This document shows positions 1 through 8,959 of a stretch of DNA of 52,821 nt, piece by piece. Source of the stretch: a virus (Duplodnaviria; Caudoviricetes); the IMG/VR virus record IMGVR_UViG_3300010397_000052, positions 1 through 52,821 of that record, one strand, 5' to 3'. Position numbers and translations under genes: made by a program. The notes beneath the pieces were generated by a model. The model saw only the letters and a list, made by a program, of their open reading frames with translations. It did not search any database and was not told the DNA's origin. The first letter of the stretch is position 1. Every line of letters starts with the position of its first letter.

Positions 1-123
1 CAGCGCGTACCTGCGCCGGCCGCAGTGGCTCTCGAGGATGGCTGAGGTATTTCACAAATACGGGAGCGCGGCGATCTACGGCAGCACGGCCAACTGCGGC
101 GATGCCAGAGTGAATGTCTTTCC
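1..123. repeat. Terminal direct repeat (copy 1); circular-assembly overlap
   Basis: Bases 1-123 are identical to 52699-52821. The overlap lies inside an ORF that reads through the junction. Confidence 0.97.
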
Positions 124-403
124 CCATCTCCGGACCACGGGCTTTTGGATGGCTCCGATGATCATGAACATGTACCCGTTCAAGGTCACGCGGCCAGAGC
201 AACGCTACCCTGCAGAGCACGGAGCCAACTGTATTACGGAATGGGCCAGAGCTCAGGGTTACCCCGCAATCATGGCTACCTGGGAGGCTGAGTCAGAGTG
301 GCCAAATTGGGATGGGATGCCGGGAGGTTTTCACCGCGAACAGCAACAAGGCTTGCTTGTTGGCGATCGGTTAACTGCTCCGCCCTACTATCCGCACCCA
401 TGA
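1..403 (+). CDS. 3' part of glycosyltransferase-like (RgpF/GT-A-like) protein spanning the circular junction (227 aa in total, starts at 52418)
   Basis: In frame with ATG 52418 (position 38 = 52736). HLRTTGFW and RYPAEHG motifs align with HLNTTAFA and RYNFEHG of the upstream paralog. Confidence 0.7.
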   Translation, partial: SAYLRRPQWLSRMAEVFHKYGSAAIYGSTANCGDARVNVFPHLRTTGFWMAPMIMNMYPFKVTRPEQRYPAEHGANCITEWARAQGYPAIMATWEAESEWPNWDGMPGGFHREQQQGLLVGDRLTAPPYYPHP

Positions 404-852
404 AAGCTCCGACAACATTGACCCACGGATTTAACCGGAGAAAAGCGAGGCACCCTATTTACGATGTTTGGGCCAATATGCTCCGCAGGTGTCAAAATCC
501 GCGGCATCCTTATTACAATTATTACGGAGGCAGAGGGATCACTGTGTGCCAGAGGTGGCAGCGCTTTCTCAGCTTTGCTGAGGATATGCTTTCGAGCTAC
601 AAAAGAGGCTTAACTCTCGAGCGAATAGACAACGGCAAGGGCTATTCAAAAGGCAACTGCCGATGGGCAACGAGGCGAGAGCAGATGCTTAACACGCGAC
701 GCACTAGAATGATCGAGCACAACGGTCAAAAAATGTGCATAGCGGATTGGGCAAAGAAACTCAATTTGTGCCATAGCGCGCTCCGGACAAGGATAGAGCT
801 CCATGGCATAACCGTAGCCCTAACCAAAGAAAAACACTGTCATGCGCATTAG
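400..852 (+). CDS. Free-standing HNH homing-endonuclease-like protein
   Basis: W.NM.RRC.NP..YY.YYGGRGITVC.RW..F..F..DM...TLERIDN.KGY...NCRWAT..EQ..N family signature. ATGA overlap with the upstream stop. Confidence 0.88.
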   Translation: MKAPTTLTHGFNRRKARHPIYDVWANMLRRCQNPRHPYYNYYGGRGITVCQRWQRFLSFAEDMLSSYKRGLTLERIDNGKGYSKGNCRWATRREQMLNTRRTRMIEHNGQKMCIADWAKKLNLCHSALRTRIELHGITVALTKEKHCHAH

Positions 853-1528
853 TATTTTTTATCACACTTTGTTCTATCTTGGCACGCCTCCGACACTGCG
901 GCCGATGGCAGTCGATATCATTGCGGAGCAGGTAACCGAAATGGAGCGAACCGGACTTATCGCCGCGGCTGATGAGCTCTTTGTCGGAGTCAACGGAGGC
1001 GAGGAGAGCGAGGACATTGCAAAAATGCTCCTGCCTTCGAAAGCGAAGCTCTCTTTTCACGGGCTCAAGTCGCGAGCGGAAAACCTAACGATCGTCATGC
1101 TCGAGCGATGGGCCAAAGCCAACCCAAATTGGGCGATCCTTTATCTTCACGCCAAGGGCAGTTCCCATGAGCACGGGAGCCCTTACGGCCAAAACGTCTC
1201 GGGCCCCTGGCGGCGCGCTATGATGTTCGACTTGGTAACCAACTGGCGCGCCTGCGTCGCGGACCTTGAAGCGGGAGCGGAAATGGTCTGCTCACACTTC
1301 ATGCGCAATATGGCCGATGGCAGTCAACACATACCGGCCGGCAATTTCCTGTGGACTACTTCGAACTTTGTTCGCACTCTCCCGTCCATCTTCATGCGTG
1401 AACGGATCAAAGTCTCAGGTATCGATGCTCTCGAAAGCAGATTCGAGGCTGAGGTTTATTGGGGCAACGGTCCAAGGCTGCCGATGGTGAAGGAGTGGCG
1501 GCCCAATGGCGGAGGCGGCTGTCCGTAA
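842..1528 (+). CDS. Putative glycosyltransferase-like protein
   Basis: ENLTI..L...ILYLHAKG...WR..M...GNF.W...SRFEAE.YWG pattern, resembling viral/RgpF-related GT-like proteins. Lies within a sugar-enzyme cluster. Confidence 0.5.
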   Translation: MRISIFYHTLFYLGTPPTLRPMAVDIIAEQVTEMERTGLIAAADELFVGVNGGEESEDIAKMLLPSKAKLSFHGLKSRAENLTIVMLERWAKANPNWAILYLHAKGSSHEHGSPYGQNVSGPWRRAMMFDLVTNWRACVADLEAGAEMVCSHFMRNMADGSQHIPAGNFLWTTSNFVRTLPSIFMRERIKVSGIDALESRFEAEVYWGNGPRLPMVKEWRPNGGGGCP

Positions 1529-2589
1529 TGAGTCCAGAGCTCGAGGCGGCTTACGCAGAGGCGGCTCTGCCGTTCATCGATGGCGCGATAACAAAGGAAA
1601 TTATCGGGCTTCGCTCCTGGCGCTACTTTCTCGAGGTAAATTCCGCGTGTAACCTCAAATGCCCCACTTGCACCAAGGGGAATAAAGCTGGGTACGAGCA
1701 TCAGACCGGGATCATGGAGCCGGAACTGATGGGCAAGATTATCGACAAGATCGCCAGCGAAAATCCCAAAGCGATCGTTTTTCTCTACGGCAATTCGGAG
1801 CCCTTTTTGCACCCTCGTTTGCCGGAGTGCATCGCAGCCGTCAAAGCTCGAGGACTGCGCTGCGAGCTCTCCACCAATCTCAACTACGTTCAGCGCCTGG
1901 ATGAGACTCTGGCCGCCAAGCCTGATTTCATGATCGTCTCGCTCTCCGGCTTCACGCAGGAGGTTTACGAGAAAGGGCACGCTGGCGGCGATATCGAAAA
2001 GGTTAAGGCGAACATGATTTTGCTGGGCGAGGCAAACGCCAGAGCGGCTCAGCGCGTGCAAATCTCCGTCAATTACCACATTTACAAAGACAATGTGGCG
2101 GATCTCGAGCTCATGAAGGCTTTTGCGGCTCAGTGCGGGATCGAGCTCTTTACAAGCACGGCCAGGGCAATCTCAATGGAAAATGCGATCCAGTATTGCC
2201 GGGAAAAGGACGCGGAGGCTACTCCGTTTGAGGTTCAGCCCCTCCGGCCGGATTGGAATCTTGCTTTGCCTCCTGTCTCCGCGCAGTGGCGGGACACAAT
2301 GGATCGGCTGAGGATCCCTCCGACGCAGGCGAGGGATATGTACGCGCAAATCCCGCTCCGCTCAGCTTGTCCGGTTGGAGCAGGAGGCATGTTTACGTTC
2401 ATCCGGCACGATGGTAAGACGTCGCTGTGCGCCTGCGTGGCAGACCGGCGCATCTCTCTCACGGATTATTTGGAAACGACTCCGGAGCAAATGATCGAGC
2501 AGCGCACAGGGCACGCCATTTGCCAGCAATGCACCAAGTACCGACTCAACCTTTACTTTCACATCGTAGATCGCCAGAAATGGGAATGA
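1528..2589 (+). CDS. Radical SAM enzyme with C-terminal Twitch/SPASM-like auxiliary Fe-S domain
   Basis: CNLKCPTC (CxxxCxxC), YGNSEPFLHP, STNLN, VSLSG, plus C-terminal SACP...DGKTSLCAC...CQQC. TAATG coupling to the upstream gene. Confidence 0.92.
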   Translation: MSPELEAAYAEAALPFIDGAITKEIIGLRSWRYFLEVNSACNLKCPTCTKGNKAGYEHQTGIMEPELMGKIIDKIASENPKAIVFLYGNSEPFLHPRLPECIAAVKARGLRCELSTNLNYVQRLDETLAAKPDFMIVSLSGFTQEVYEKGHAGGDIEKVKANMILLGEANARAAQRVQISVNYHIYKDNVADLELMKAFAAQCGIELFTSTARAISMENAIQYCREKDAEATPFEVQPLRPDWNLALPPVSAQWRDTMDRLRIPPTQARDMYAQIPLRSACPVGAGGMFTFIRHDGKTSLCACVADRRISLTDYLETTPEQMIEQRTGHAICQQCTKYRLNLYFHIVDRQKWE

Positions 2590-3206
2590 TGAAAACCTTG
2601 GATGAGATCGCGATCAGGCACGGCACGGACAAAGCCACGCAGTTTACGCGCACTCATGCCCAACCCAAGGCTTACACGTTGCATTATGAGAAATTCTTCA
2701 CGCCGCTCCGGCACACTCCGGTAAAGCTGGTTGAGATTGGAGTTGGCGGAGGGGAATCGGTTCGCACTTGGCTGGATTACTTCGATGCCGCTTGGGTGAT
2801 CGGGATCGACAATGTTAGCGGGACTAACGAGTGGAACACTCCAAAGCAGTTCGGGGCAGGTATGGAGCAGTTCGATCGTTACGGGTTCATGGCCGCAGAC
2901 CAAACGGATCCGGTTTTTTGGGCGTGCTTCACGGCTGACGTTAAGCAAACCATCGATATCGCGATCGACGATGGCTCACATGAGCCAAGGGCGGTTCAAA
3001 TCTCTTTTGCCGGTTTGTGGCCACTGATCAAGCCGGGAGGGCTCTACTGTATTGAGGACTTGGGGTGCGGTTTCACAAGTCCTGGCTGTCAGACTCATTG
3101 GGAGTGGCTGGCGACCTACCTCGCGCCTCTGATGACCGGAGGGCTGATGGATCTCGATTCGATTTACGTTGCCCCTCAACTCGCAATAATCCGAAAGAAA
3201 GGCTGA
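2586..3206 (+). CDS. Class I SAM-dependent methyltransferase, MycE/TylE-like sugar O-methyltransferase
   Basis: GTDK, Y..HYE.FF, LVEIGVGGGES...W..YF, DQ.D, IDDGSH and PGGLYCIEDL motifs. ATGA overlap. Confidence 0.85.
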   Translation: MMKTLDEIAIRHGTDKATQFTRTHAQPKAYTLHYEKFFTPLRHTPVKLVEIGVGGGESVRTWLDYFDAAWVIGIDNVSGTNEWNTPKQFGAGMEQFDRYGFMAADQTDPVFWACFTADVKQTIDIAIDDGSHEPRAVQISFAGLWPLIKPGGLYCIEDLGCGFTSPGCQTHWEWLATYLAPLMTGGLMDLDSIYVAPQLAIIRKKG

Positions 3207-3209
3207 ACC

Positions 3210-4496
3210 GTGTACACCATTCACAATCGCTGCCGTGCCTGCAACTTTGGCCCTCCTATTCTCCCTGGCGGAACAAAAGCCGGAGCCAACGCCGATCGCC
3301 TCCTGCCTGCTTTCAGCCTTGGGGTTCAGCCACTCGCTAACGATTTCTGCCAGGACGCAGAGGAGCGAGCCGGTTTTGCGCCGCTCGAGATTCTTCTCTG
3401 CCCTCAATGCGGTTTGGCGCAGTTGAGCGTAGTTGTCGACCCTGGGATCCTTTACGCCAAGGATTATCCCTACGTAACCAGCAAGAGTGACACCATGCGG
3501 CAACATTTTGAGCTCTTGTGGAATGACTGCAGCGCGCAAGCCTCCTGCAAAACCGTCCTCGAGATTGGCAGCAATGACGGCGATTTCTTGAATTACTGTC
3601 GCAGCCACGGCGCAGAAGCTGTGATCGGTATCGAGCCGGCATCAAATCTGGCGGCAGCGGCCGAAAAGCAGGGCATCCGGACGATCCGCGATTTCTTCAA
3701 CCCCGTCTCAGCCGCGATGGCGAGCCAAGCGATGCCCAAAGTGGGGATGATCTTTGCCCGTCACGTCTTTTGCCACGTACCAGACTGGCAAGCCTTCATG
3801 GCCAACTTGCAACTCCTGGCTGGGCCAGAGACGCTGATTTGTATCGAGGTGCCTTACGTGATGGATCAACTCAAGGCGATTAGTTTTGACCAGATTTATC
3901 ACGAGCACTGCAGCTATCTCTCCATCCGAGCGATCAAAGCCCTGCTCAACGGCGGCCCATTCTGCCTCAAGGATCTCAAGCACTACACCATTCACGGCGG
4001 CGCGATTCTGCTCATGATCCAGCGCCGGAGCCCTGAGATAAAGGCCAGCCAAACGGTCCTCGAGTACCTTGACGCGGAGAGCGCCACTCAAAAAAGCTGG
4101 CAGGAATTTGCGGAGAAAAGCTCCGACGCGATCGAGAAGCTCAAAGGCTTGATCAAACAACTGCGCAAAGAAGGAAAGCGCGTTGTGGGCTTTGGAGCTT
4201 CCGCCAAGAGCACCGTTTGGATTAACGCCATGGGGCTCTCCCGCGCTGATCTGTCCTGCGTCTACGATTGCACTCCTTCAAAGTGGTATCGGTACATTCC
4301 CGGCACGGATATCCCGATCGTCAACCAGGGCGGCTTTTACGTCGACGATCCGGAGTATGCCGTCATCTTCGCTTGGAATTTCGCGCAGGAAATAATGGAT
4401 AAGAACCGAAAATGGATGGAGGGCGGCGGCTCCTTCATTGTCCCCATCCCTGAGGCGAAAATCTATCGCGCTGAGGCTTGCTCCTGCAGCGTTTAG
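3210..4496 (+). CDS. NDP-hexose C-methyltransferase (TcaB9/EryBIII/NovU-like)
   Basis: N-terminal Zn site CRAC...CPQC, LGVQPLANDF, YPYVTS, EIGSNDG, HVFCHV, FDQIYHEH, HGG, FGASAK, PGTDIPI, FAWNF..EI, FIVPIP. Confidence 0.93.
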   Translation: MYTIHNRCRACNFGPPILPGGTKAGANADRLLPAFSLGVQPLANDFCQDAEERAGFAPLEILLCPQCGLAQLSVVVDPGILYAKDYPYVTSKSDTMRQHFELLWNDCSAQASCKTVLEIGSNDGDFLNYCRSHGAEAVIGIEPASNLAAAAEKQGIRTIRDFFNPVSAAMASQAMPKVGMIFARHVFCHVPDWQAFMANLQLLAGPETLICIEVPYVMDQLKAISFDQIYHEHCSYLSIRAIKALLNGGPFCLKDLKHYTIHGGAILLMIQRRSPEIKASQTVLEYLDAESATQKSWQEFAEKSSDAIEKLKGLIKQLRKEGKRVVGFGASAKSTVWINAMGLSRADLSCVYDCTPSKWYRYIPGTDIPIVNQGGFYVDDPEYAVIFAWNFAQEIMDKNRKWMEGGGSFIVPIPEAKIYRAEACSCSV

Positions 4497-4498
4497 TC

Positions 4499-4536
4499 TT
4501 GCAGTGCTCACCGCAAGGGTTTATTGCCCACGGTGA
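4499..4536 (+). promoter_or_regulatory. Candidate promoter and inverted repeat upstream of portal
   Basis: TTGCAG-N17-TATTGC. TCACCG/CGGTGA inverted repeat abuts the ATG. Motif shared with the capsid upstream region. Confidence 0.35.
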
Positions 4537-6891
4537 ATGAGCACCGCGAAAGAAGTAACGGATCGTTGGGATAACGCCTCCCTCGTAAATCAGCAAGTTT
4601 GGGATTGGCGCTTAGCCGATCTGCCTCGCGGAGAAAATCGCACCATTTTGGATCGCCTTTACAACGGGGATCCGCCCTTCGATGAGGCGCTCGCGGAAGA
4701 GAATCAGGTAGAGATCAACCGCAATAACCTCGAGGGCCCTAACCTCCTGGGCAACGCTCGCCGGCAGTGGAACTCCGCAATGCTCAAGTCTGGTAATTTC
4801 TTCAATATCGCCGTTCACCGCGGAGCACGGAACATGCGGCGCGAGTACGGGCACACCATCACCAAGCACATCAATCGAGTACTTCGAAAGAGTATGCCTT
4901 ACAAAGAGCAGCGGCGGCAGACCGGCGCGGCCGTCATGCTCCATGGCATCGGGCCCACCCATTGGGACACTCGCCGCGGCATGGTCCCCGATGTAGTTCC
5001 GATCTCGAGCGTAATGGTGCCAAGTGAAACGCTGGTATCCGGCGCGAACATCGATCGCTTTGCCATTTTCCGAGAATACACCCCGGCTCAGCTTTACACC
5101 CTCACGCACGGTCCAAAAAAGGATCCTGGCTGGCAGATGGATACGGTTATGAGCCAATGGGATTACGTGCGCCAGATGACGCAGAAACAGCCAAACGCGA
5201 CGGCTTACCAGTACATGCCGGAGCGGATCGAGGAGCTCGCCAAGCAGGATTTGGGATTTTGGGGCTCTGATGCTGTGCCCACGATCGATTGCTGGGACTT
5301 TTACTTTCGCGGAGCCAAGGACACAGACGGTTGGTACCGGCGGATCATCCTTGATTGGGGAGTTACTCAGGAAAATTACAAGCAATACCCTGCAGGCGGG
5401 AAACCTCCGGAAAAGCCGGACAATAGCAGTTTCCTTTACACCTCCGGCGATCGGCGCTTTGCCAACTCGCTCAACGAGATCATCCACTTCAACTTTGGCG
5501 ACTGCTCCGCGGTTACTCCGTTTCGGTACCATTCAGTTCGCTCCCTGGGCTGGATGCTTTGGGGTGTGTGCGATCTCGAAAACCGGTTGCACTGCAAATT
5601 CAATGAGGCAATTTTTGAGCAACTCCTCTGGTTCTTCCGAGTCGCCGGCAATGCCGATATGACGCGCATCAAAAAGGCGCTGTTCAATCACATGGGCGTA
5701 ATCCCGGCCGGAGTGGCCATGGTCAAGAATGATGAGCGCTACAAGCCCGATGCCGCGTTGATCGAGATGGCTTTCAACCGCAATCAATCTGCAATGCAGC
5801 GCTTTTCCTCGAGCTTCACGCAGGACGGAGGCAAAAACGAAAAGGAGATGACGGCAACTGAAACCATGGCCAGGGTTAACACCGTCAATCAGCTTGTCTC
5901 AGGCATGATGCAACTGGCTTACGAATACGAGGAGGCTAAGGATTACGAGATTTGTCGGCGCGCCTGTATCCGCACGCTCCCCGATCCCATGGCCAAAGCT
6001 TTTCAGCGCGCCTGCCTCGAGGACGGAGTGCCGGAGGAGATTTTGGACGTCGATTGCTGGGAGCTCACTGAGGAGCGCACGCTTGGCTCTGGAAACAAGC
6101 AAATCGAAATGGCTCAGGTTCAGTTCCTGCAGCAACTTCGGCCGAAACTCGGGCCCGATGCGCAGCGCAAAGTTGACCACATTTCGATCGAGTCCGCTTT
6201 GGACGATGCCGCGATCGCTGAAGATCTGGCTCCGCTCGAGGGGCAAACCAAAGTCAGCAGTTCTATGCATGACGCGATGCTCTCTACTGAGCGGCTCATG
6301 CGGGGGCTCATATTTGTGCCCTCCCCTGACATGGTGTACGAAGATTATGTGAAAGTCTGGTTAGCGGACCTTACACAGATGGTTCAAGGGGCTGTGGAAT
6401 CCGGAGGGATGGCATCTCTGGCCGATATCATTGGCTGGCAGACCATGGATCGCACGATTGAGTCTTTCCTGCAGATCATGGACTCCGACGAAGAGCAGGC
6501 AGACAAGGTGCGCGGTTACCGGCAGCAACTCTCCGAGCAAATGAACGAGGTAAAAGCCTTTGTCCAGCGCCTGCAGCAACAGATGAAGGCGCAACAGACT
6601 AACGGAGGTAACGGCAACGGCGAGGCGCAAGCTGCAGTGGCGGCAGAGCAGGCTAAAACCATGGCTGAGATACAGGCAAACCAAGCCCTGGCGGCGCAGA
6701 AGCTCAAAAACGCTGAGGCGAGCCATGCGCAAAAGACGGCTCAAAGGCAGGTTCAGTTTGAGATGGATCAGCAGCGCGAAGATCGCAGGACTAACGCTGA
6801 GATCCGCCGAAAAGCCGATCAACACGCCCTCGATATCACTGCCGGCCGAATCAAAACGCTTGATCAGGCGACGGAAGAGGAGCAAGCATAA
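4537..6891 (+). CDS. Portal protein
   Basis: 784 aa, first gene of the head module. EMTATETMAR motif typical of podovirus portals, and a Q/A-rich coiled-coil C-terminal barrel. Confidence 0.82.
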   Translation: MSTAKEVTDRWDNASLVNQQVWDWRLADLPRGENRTILDRLYNGDPPFDEALAEENQVEINRNNLEGPNLLGNARRQWNSAMLKSGNFFNIAVHRGARNMRREYGHTITKHINRVLRKSMPYKEQRRQTGAAVMLHGIGPTHWDTRRGMVPDVVPISSVMVPSETLVSGANIDRFAIFREYTPAQLYTLTHGPKKDPGWQMDTVMSQWDYVRQMTQKQPNATAYQYMPERIEELAKQDLGFWGSDAVPTIDCWDFYFRGAKDTDGWYRRIILDWGVTQENYKQYPAGGKPPEKPDNSSFLYTSGDRRFANSLNEIIHFNFGDCSAVTPFRYHSVRSLGWMLWGVCDLENRLHCKFNEAIFEQLLWFFRVAGNADMTRIKKALFNHMGVIPAGVAMVKNDERYKPDAALIEMAFNRNQSAMQRFSSSFTQDGGKNEKEMTATETMARVNTVNQLVSGMMQLAYEYEEAKDYEICRRACIRTLPDPMAKAFQRACLEDGVPEEILDVDCWELTEERTLGSGNKQIEMAQVQFLQQLRPKLGPDAQRKVDHISIESALDDAAIAEDLAPLEGQTKVSSSMHDAMLSTERLMRGLIFVPSPDMVYEDYVKVWLADLTQMVQGAVESGGMASLADIIGWQTMDRTIESFLQIMDSDEEQADKVRGYRQQLSEQMNEVKAFVQRLQQQMKAQQTNGGNGNGEAQAAVAAEQAKTMAEIQANQALAAQKLKNAEASHAQKTAQRQVQFEMDQQREDRRTNAEIRRKADQHALDITAGRIKTLDQATEEEQA

Positions 6892-6918
6892 GCCGAAATG
6901 CTCCCGATCTAGCGTTAC

Positions 6919-7065
6919 ATGAACCAACCCGTAAGACTTCCCGCTCTTCCGGAATATCCGCCTCTGGCGACTCCTGCAGCGACTCCGAAACCGACGCCAC
7001 CGGTTAAGCGAGCTCCGCGGCCGCGCAAGCCAGTGAGGGATAACCGGAAAATAAAATTCTACTGA
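6919..7065 (+). CDS. Small Pro/Lys-rich basic protein (48 aa, not in ORF track)
   Basis: Hand translation MNQPVRLPALPEYPPLATPAATPKPTPPVKRAPRPRKPVRDNRKIKFY fills the gap and ends 1 nt before the next ATG. Confidence 0.55.
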   Translation: MNQPVRLPALPEYPPLATPAATPKPTPPVKRAPRPRKPVRDNRKIKFY

Positions 7066-7066
7066 T

Positions 7067-7339
7067 ATGCAAAACGCTCTTGAAACTTTCCGCCAGGGCC
7101 ATTACCGCAAACCTTTCGAAGATATAACCGGAACAGCCGCCTTTAAGGCCGCCTGCGATTACGCCCTGCTCGCTTTCGTCGAACAGTTACCGGACGCCAC
7201 CGGGGATCCCAACATGCTTTGGGCGACTCACTCTCAAACTGTAGGCGCACGCCGCGTACTCGAGATCCTCCGCAGTCTCCATTTGGACGAAGAACCTCAA
7301 AAACCGCTCCGCACTCCAACGCTAAAACCGCCTCAATAA
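7067..7339 (+). CDS. Hypothetical protein (portal-scaffold interval)
   Basis: Tiles between neighbours, in the position of small podovirus head-module genes. Confidence 0.7.
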   Translation: MQNALETFRQGHYRKPFEDITGTAAFKAACDYALLAFVEQLPDATGDPNMLWATHSQTVGARRVLEILRSLHLDEEPQKPLRTPTLKPPQ

Positions 7340-7343
7340 AAAT

Positions 7344-8717
7344 ATGCCAGCAAACGCTCCCTCGGCTCCGGCCGCTCCCGCCAAACCTGTAGCCGCGCCA
7401 AAACCAGCGCCAGCGCCGAAACCGGCCGCGGCCACTCCTGCTCCGGCCGCTCAGCCAAAGCCAGCGCCCAAGGCAGCGCCGAAACCGGCCGCACCTGAGC
7501 GACCAGCGATCCAGCCAAAGCACGAAGTTGACGGCGATTGGCTCAATACCGTTGGCAAAGAGCTCGAGGACTTGGATGCAACCGGAAAAGTCACTCGCCC
7601 TGCGCCGAAACCCAAAGCCAAGCCCAAGGCAGAGGTTCCGGACGCTCCGGACGCTCCGGACGCACCTGCAGAAGAGGAAACACAGACTGAGATCCAGCCT
7701 CCGGACGCTCCGGACGCTCCCGAGACACCCGCGCCAGAGGTTCCGGAAGAGGCAGATCTCAAAACCAACGCCGGTTTGCGCAAAGCTTTCGATCGCGCTC
7801 AGCTAAAGATCAAAAACGAGCTCGAGCCGGAGCTCACCAAGGCGCGCACGCGCATTAAAGAGCTCGAGAGCCGGGAGCCGGAAGAGGTTACCCCGCTGCG
7901 CGAGAAGCTCACCGCGATCGAGAAGCGCAATCAGGAGCTCGAAAATGAGATTGAGTACGTGAATTACTCCTCGAGCAAAGAGTTTCAGGAGAAATACGCG
8001 CAGCCTTATCTCAATGCCTGGAATCGAGCGCTTAACGATGTTCAGCAACTCACGGTAGAGACTGAAAACGGCGAGACGCGGCAAGCCACTGAGGAGGATT
8101 TGCTTTACATCTCGAGGCTCAAGCTGGGCGAGGCGATAACGCAGGCTGACGCCATGTTCGGCCGCGGCGCGCCAACCATTCTCCGGCATCGCGAGCTCAT
8201 CCGTGAACTGGCGGAGGCTCAAGACAATGCTCTCAGGACTGCCAAGGACAAAGGCGGGGAGCGCCTCAAAGCACAGCAGGCGCAATCGCAGCAACAGACG
8301 GAGAAAATGCGAAAAATGTGGACGCAGACCAATCAGGCGCTCGCTGAGAAATACAAAACATGGTTTGCTCCGGAAGAGGGAGATCAGGAGGGCAACGCGC
8401 TCCTCGATAAAGGCCGGAAGCTGGCCGATCGCATGTTTAGCCCAACGGAAGAGACGCGGCCGAAAACGCCAGAGGAGGCAGTGCGATTGCACGCGCTCAT
8501 TTACAACAAGGCGGCCAATCACGATCGCCTCGCGCTCCGGCTCAAAAAAGCCTCCGCTCGAGTTGCTGAGCTCGAGGAATCCTTGAAGCAATACGAGGAG
8601 AGCGAACCGCATGGCGGCCGTCCTGGCGCTGGCGGCCGTCCGAGCTCCGCCACTTCTGCAGCCAACGAGTACGAATCTGAGATCGATGCTCTCTCAGCCA
8701 AGGGCCCGAGACGGTGA
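7344..8717 (+). CDS. Capsid scaffolding protein
   Basis: P/A/E-rich disordered N-terminus with PDAPDAP repeats and a coiled-coil core. Located between portal and capsid. Confidence 0.7.
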   Translation: MPANAPSAPAAPAKPVAAPKPAPAPKPAAATPAPAAQPKPAPKAAPKPAAPERPAIQPKHEVDGDWLNTVGKELEDLDATGKVTRPAPKPKAKPKAEVPDAPDAPDAPAEEETQTEIQPPDAPDAPETPAPEVPEEADLKTNAGLRKAFDRAQLKIKNELEPELTKARTRIKELESREPEEVTPLREKLTAIEKRNQELENEIEYVNYSSSKEFQEKYAQPYLNAWNRALNDVQQLTVETENGETRQATEEDLLYISRLKLGEAITQADAMFGRGAPTILRHRELIRELAEAQDNALRTAKDKGGERLKAQQAQSQQQTEKMRKMWTQTNQALAEKYKTWFAPEEGDQEGNALLDKGRKLADRMFSPTEETRPKTPEEAVRLHALIYNKAANHDRLALRLKKASARVAELEESLKQYEESEPHGGRPGAGGRPSSATSAANEYESEIDALSAKGPRR

Positions 8718-8959
8718 AATACGCAAACCTCACGGCCGCGCAGCTTGCCAAACTCATCAAGCGCCGGCCGATGCAAGATCACGCGGCCGCCCACGTTTGG
8801 GCGGAGCGCATCGAATCTGATAAGCAGCGTTGCGCGCTCCCAAAAAAAGAACAGCGAAAGTTAGGCTTACTCCCTCCCGTCAATGGAAACTCAAAGAACC
8901 ATCCGGCCGCTCTCGTGCCAATGCCTGTTGCAGATCTTGCCGCATCGGGAAACGACTGA
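8714..8959 (+). CDS. Hypothetical protein
   Basis: GTGA overlap with the scaffold stop. Overlaps the GroES gene by 77 nt. Confidence 0.5.
   Translation: MKYANLTAAQLAKLIKRRPMQDHAAAHVWAERIESDKQRCALPKKEQRKLGLLPPVNGNSKNHPAALVPMPVADLAASGND

Noticed and set aside
400-852. Group I intron carrying the HNH
   Set aside because: Flanking genes are complete and overlap the HNH ORF, leaving no room for an intron core.
2586-4496. DNA methyltransferases explaining palindrome enrichment
   Set aside because: Motifs match sugar O- and C-methyltransferases. There are no DPPY/NPPY or PCQ DNA-methyltransferase motifs.
7637-7722. CCGGACGCT tandem repeats as CRISPR or regulatory array
   Set aside because: They are in-frame 9-mers encoding PDA repeats in a disordered scaffold linker, with no spacers or cas genes.
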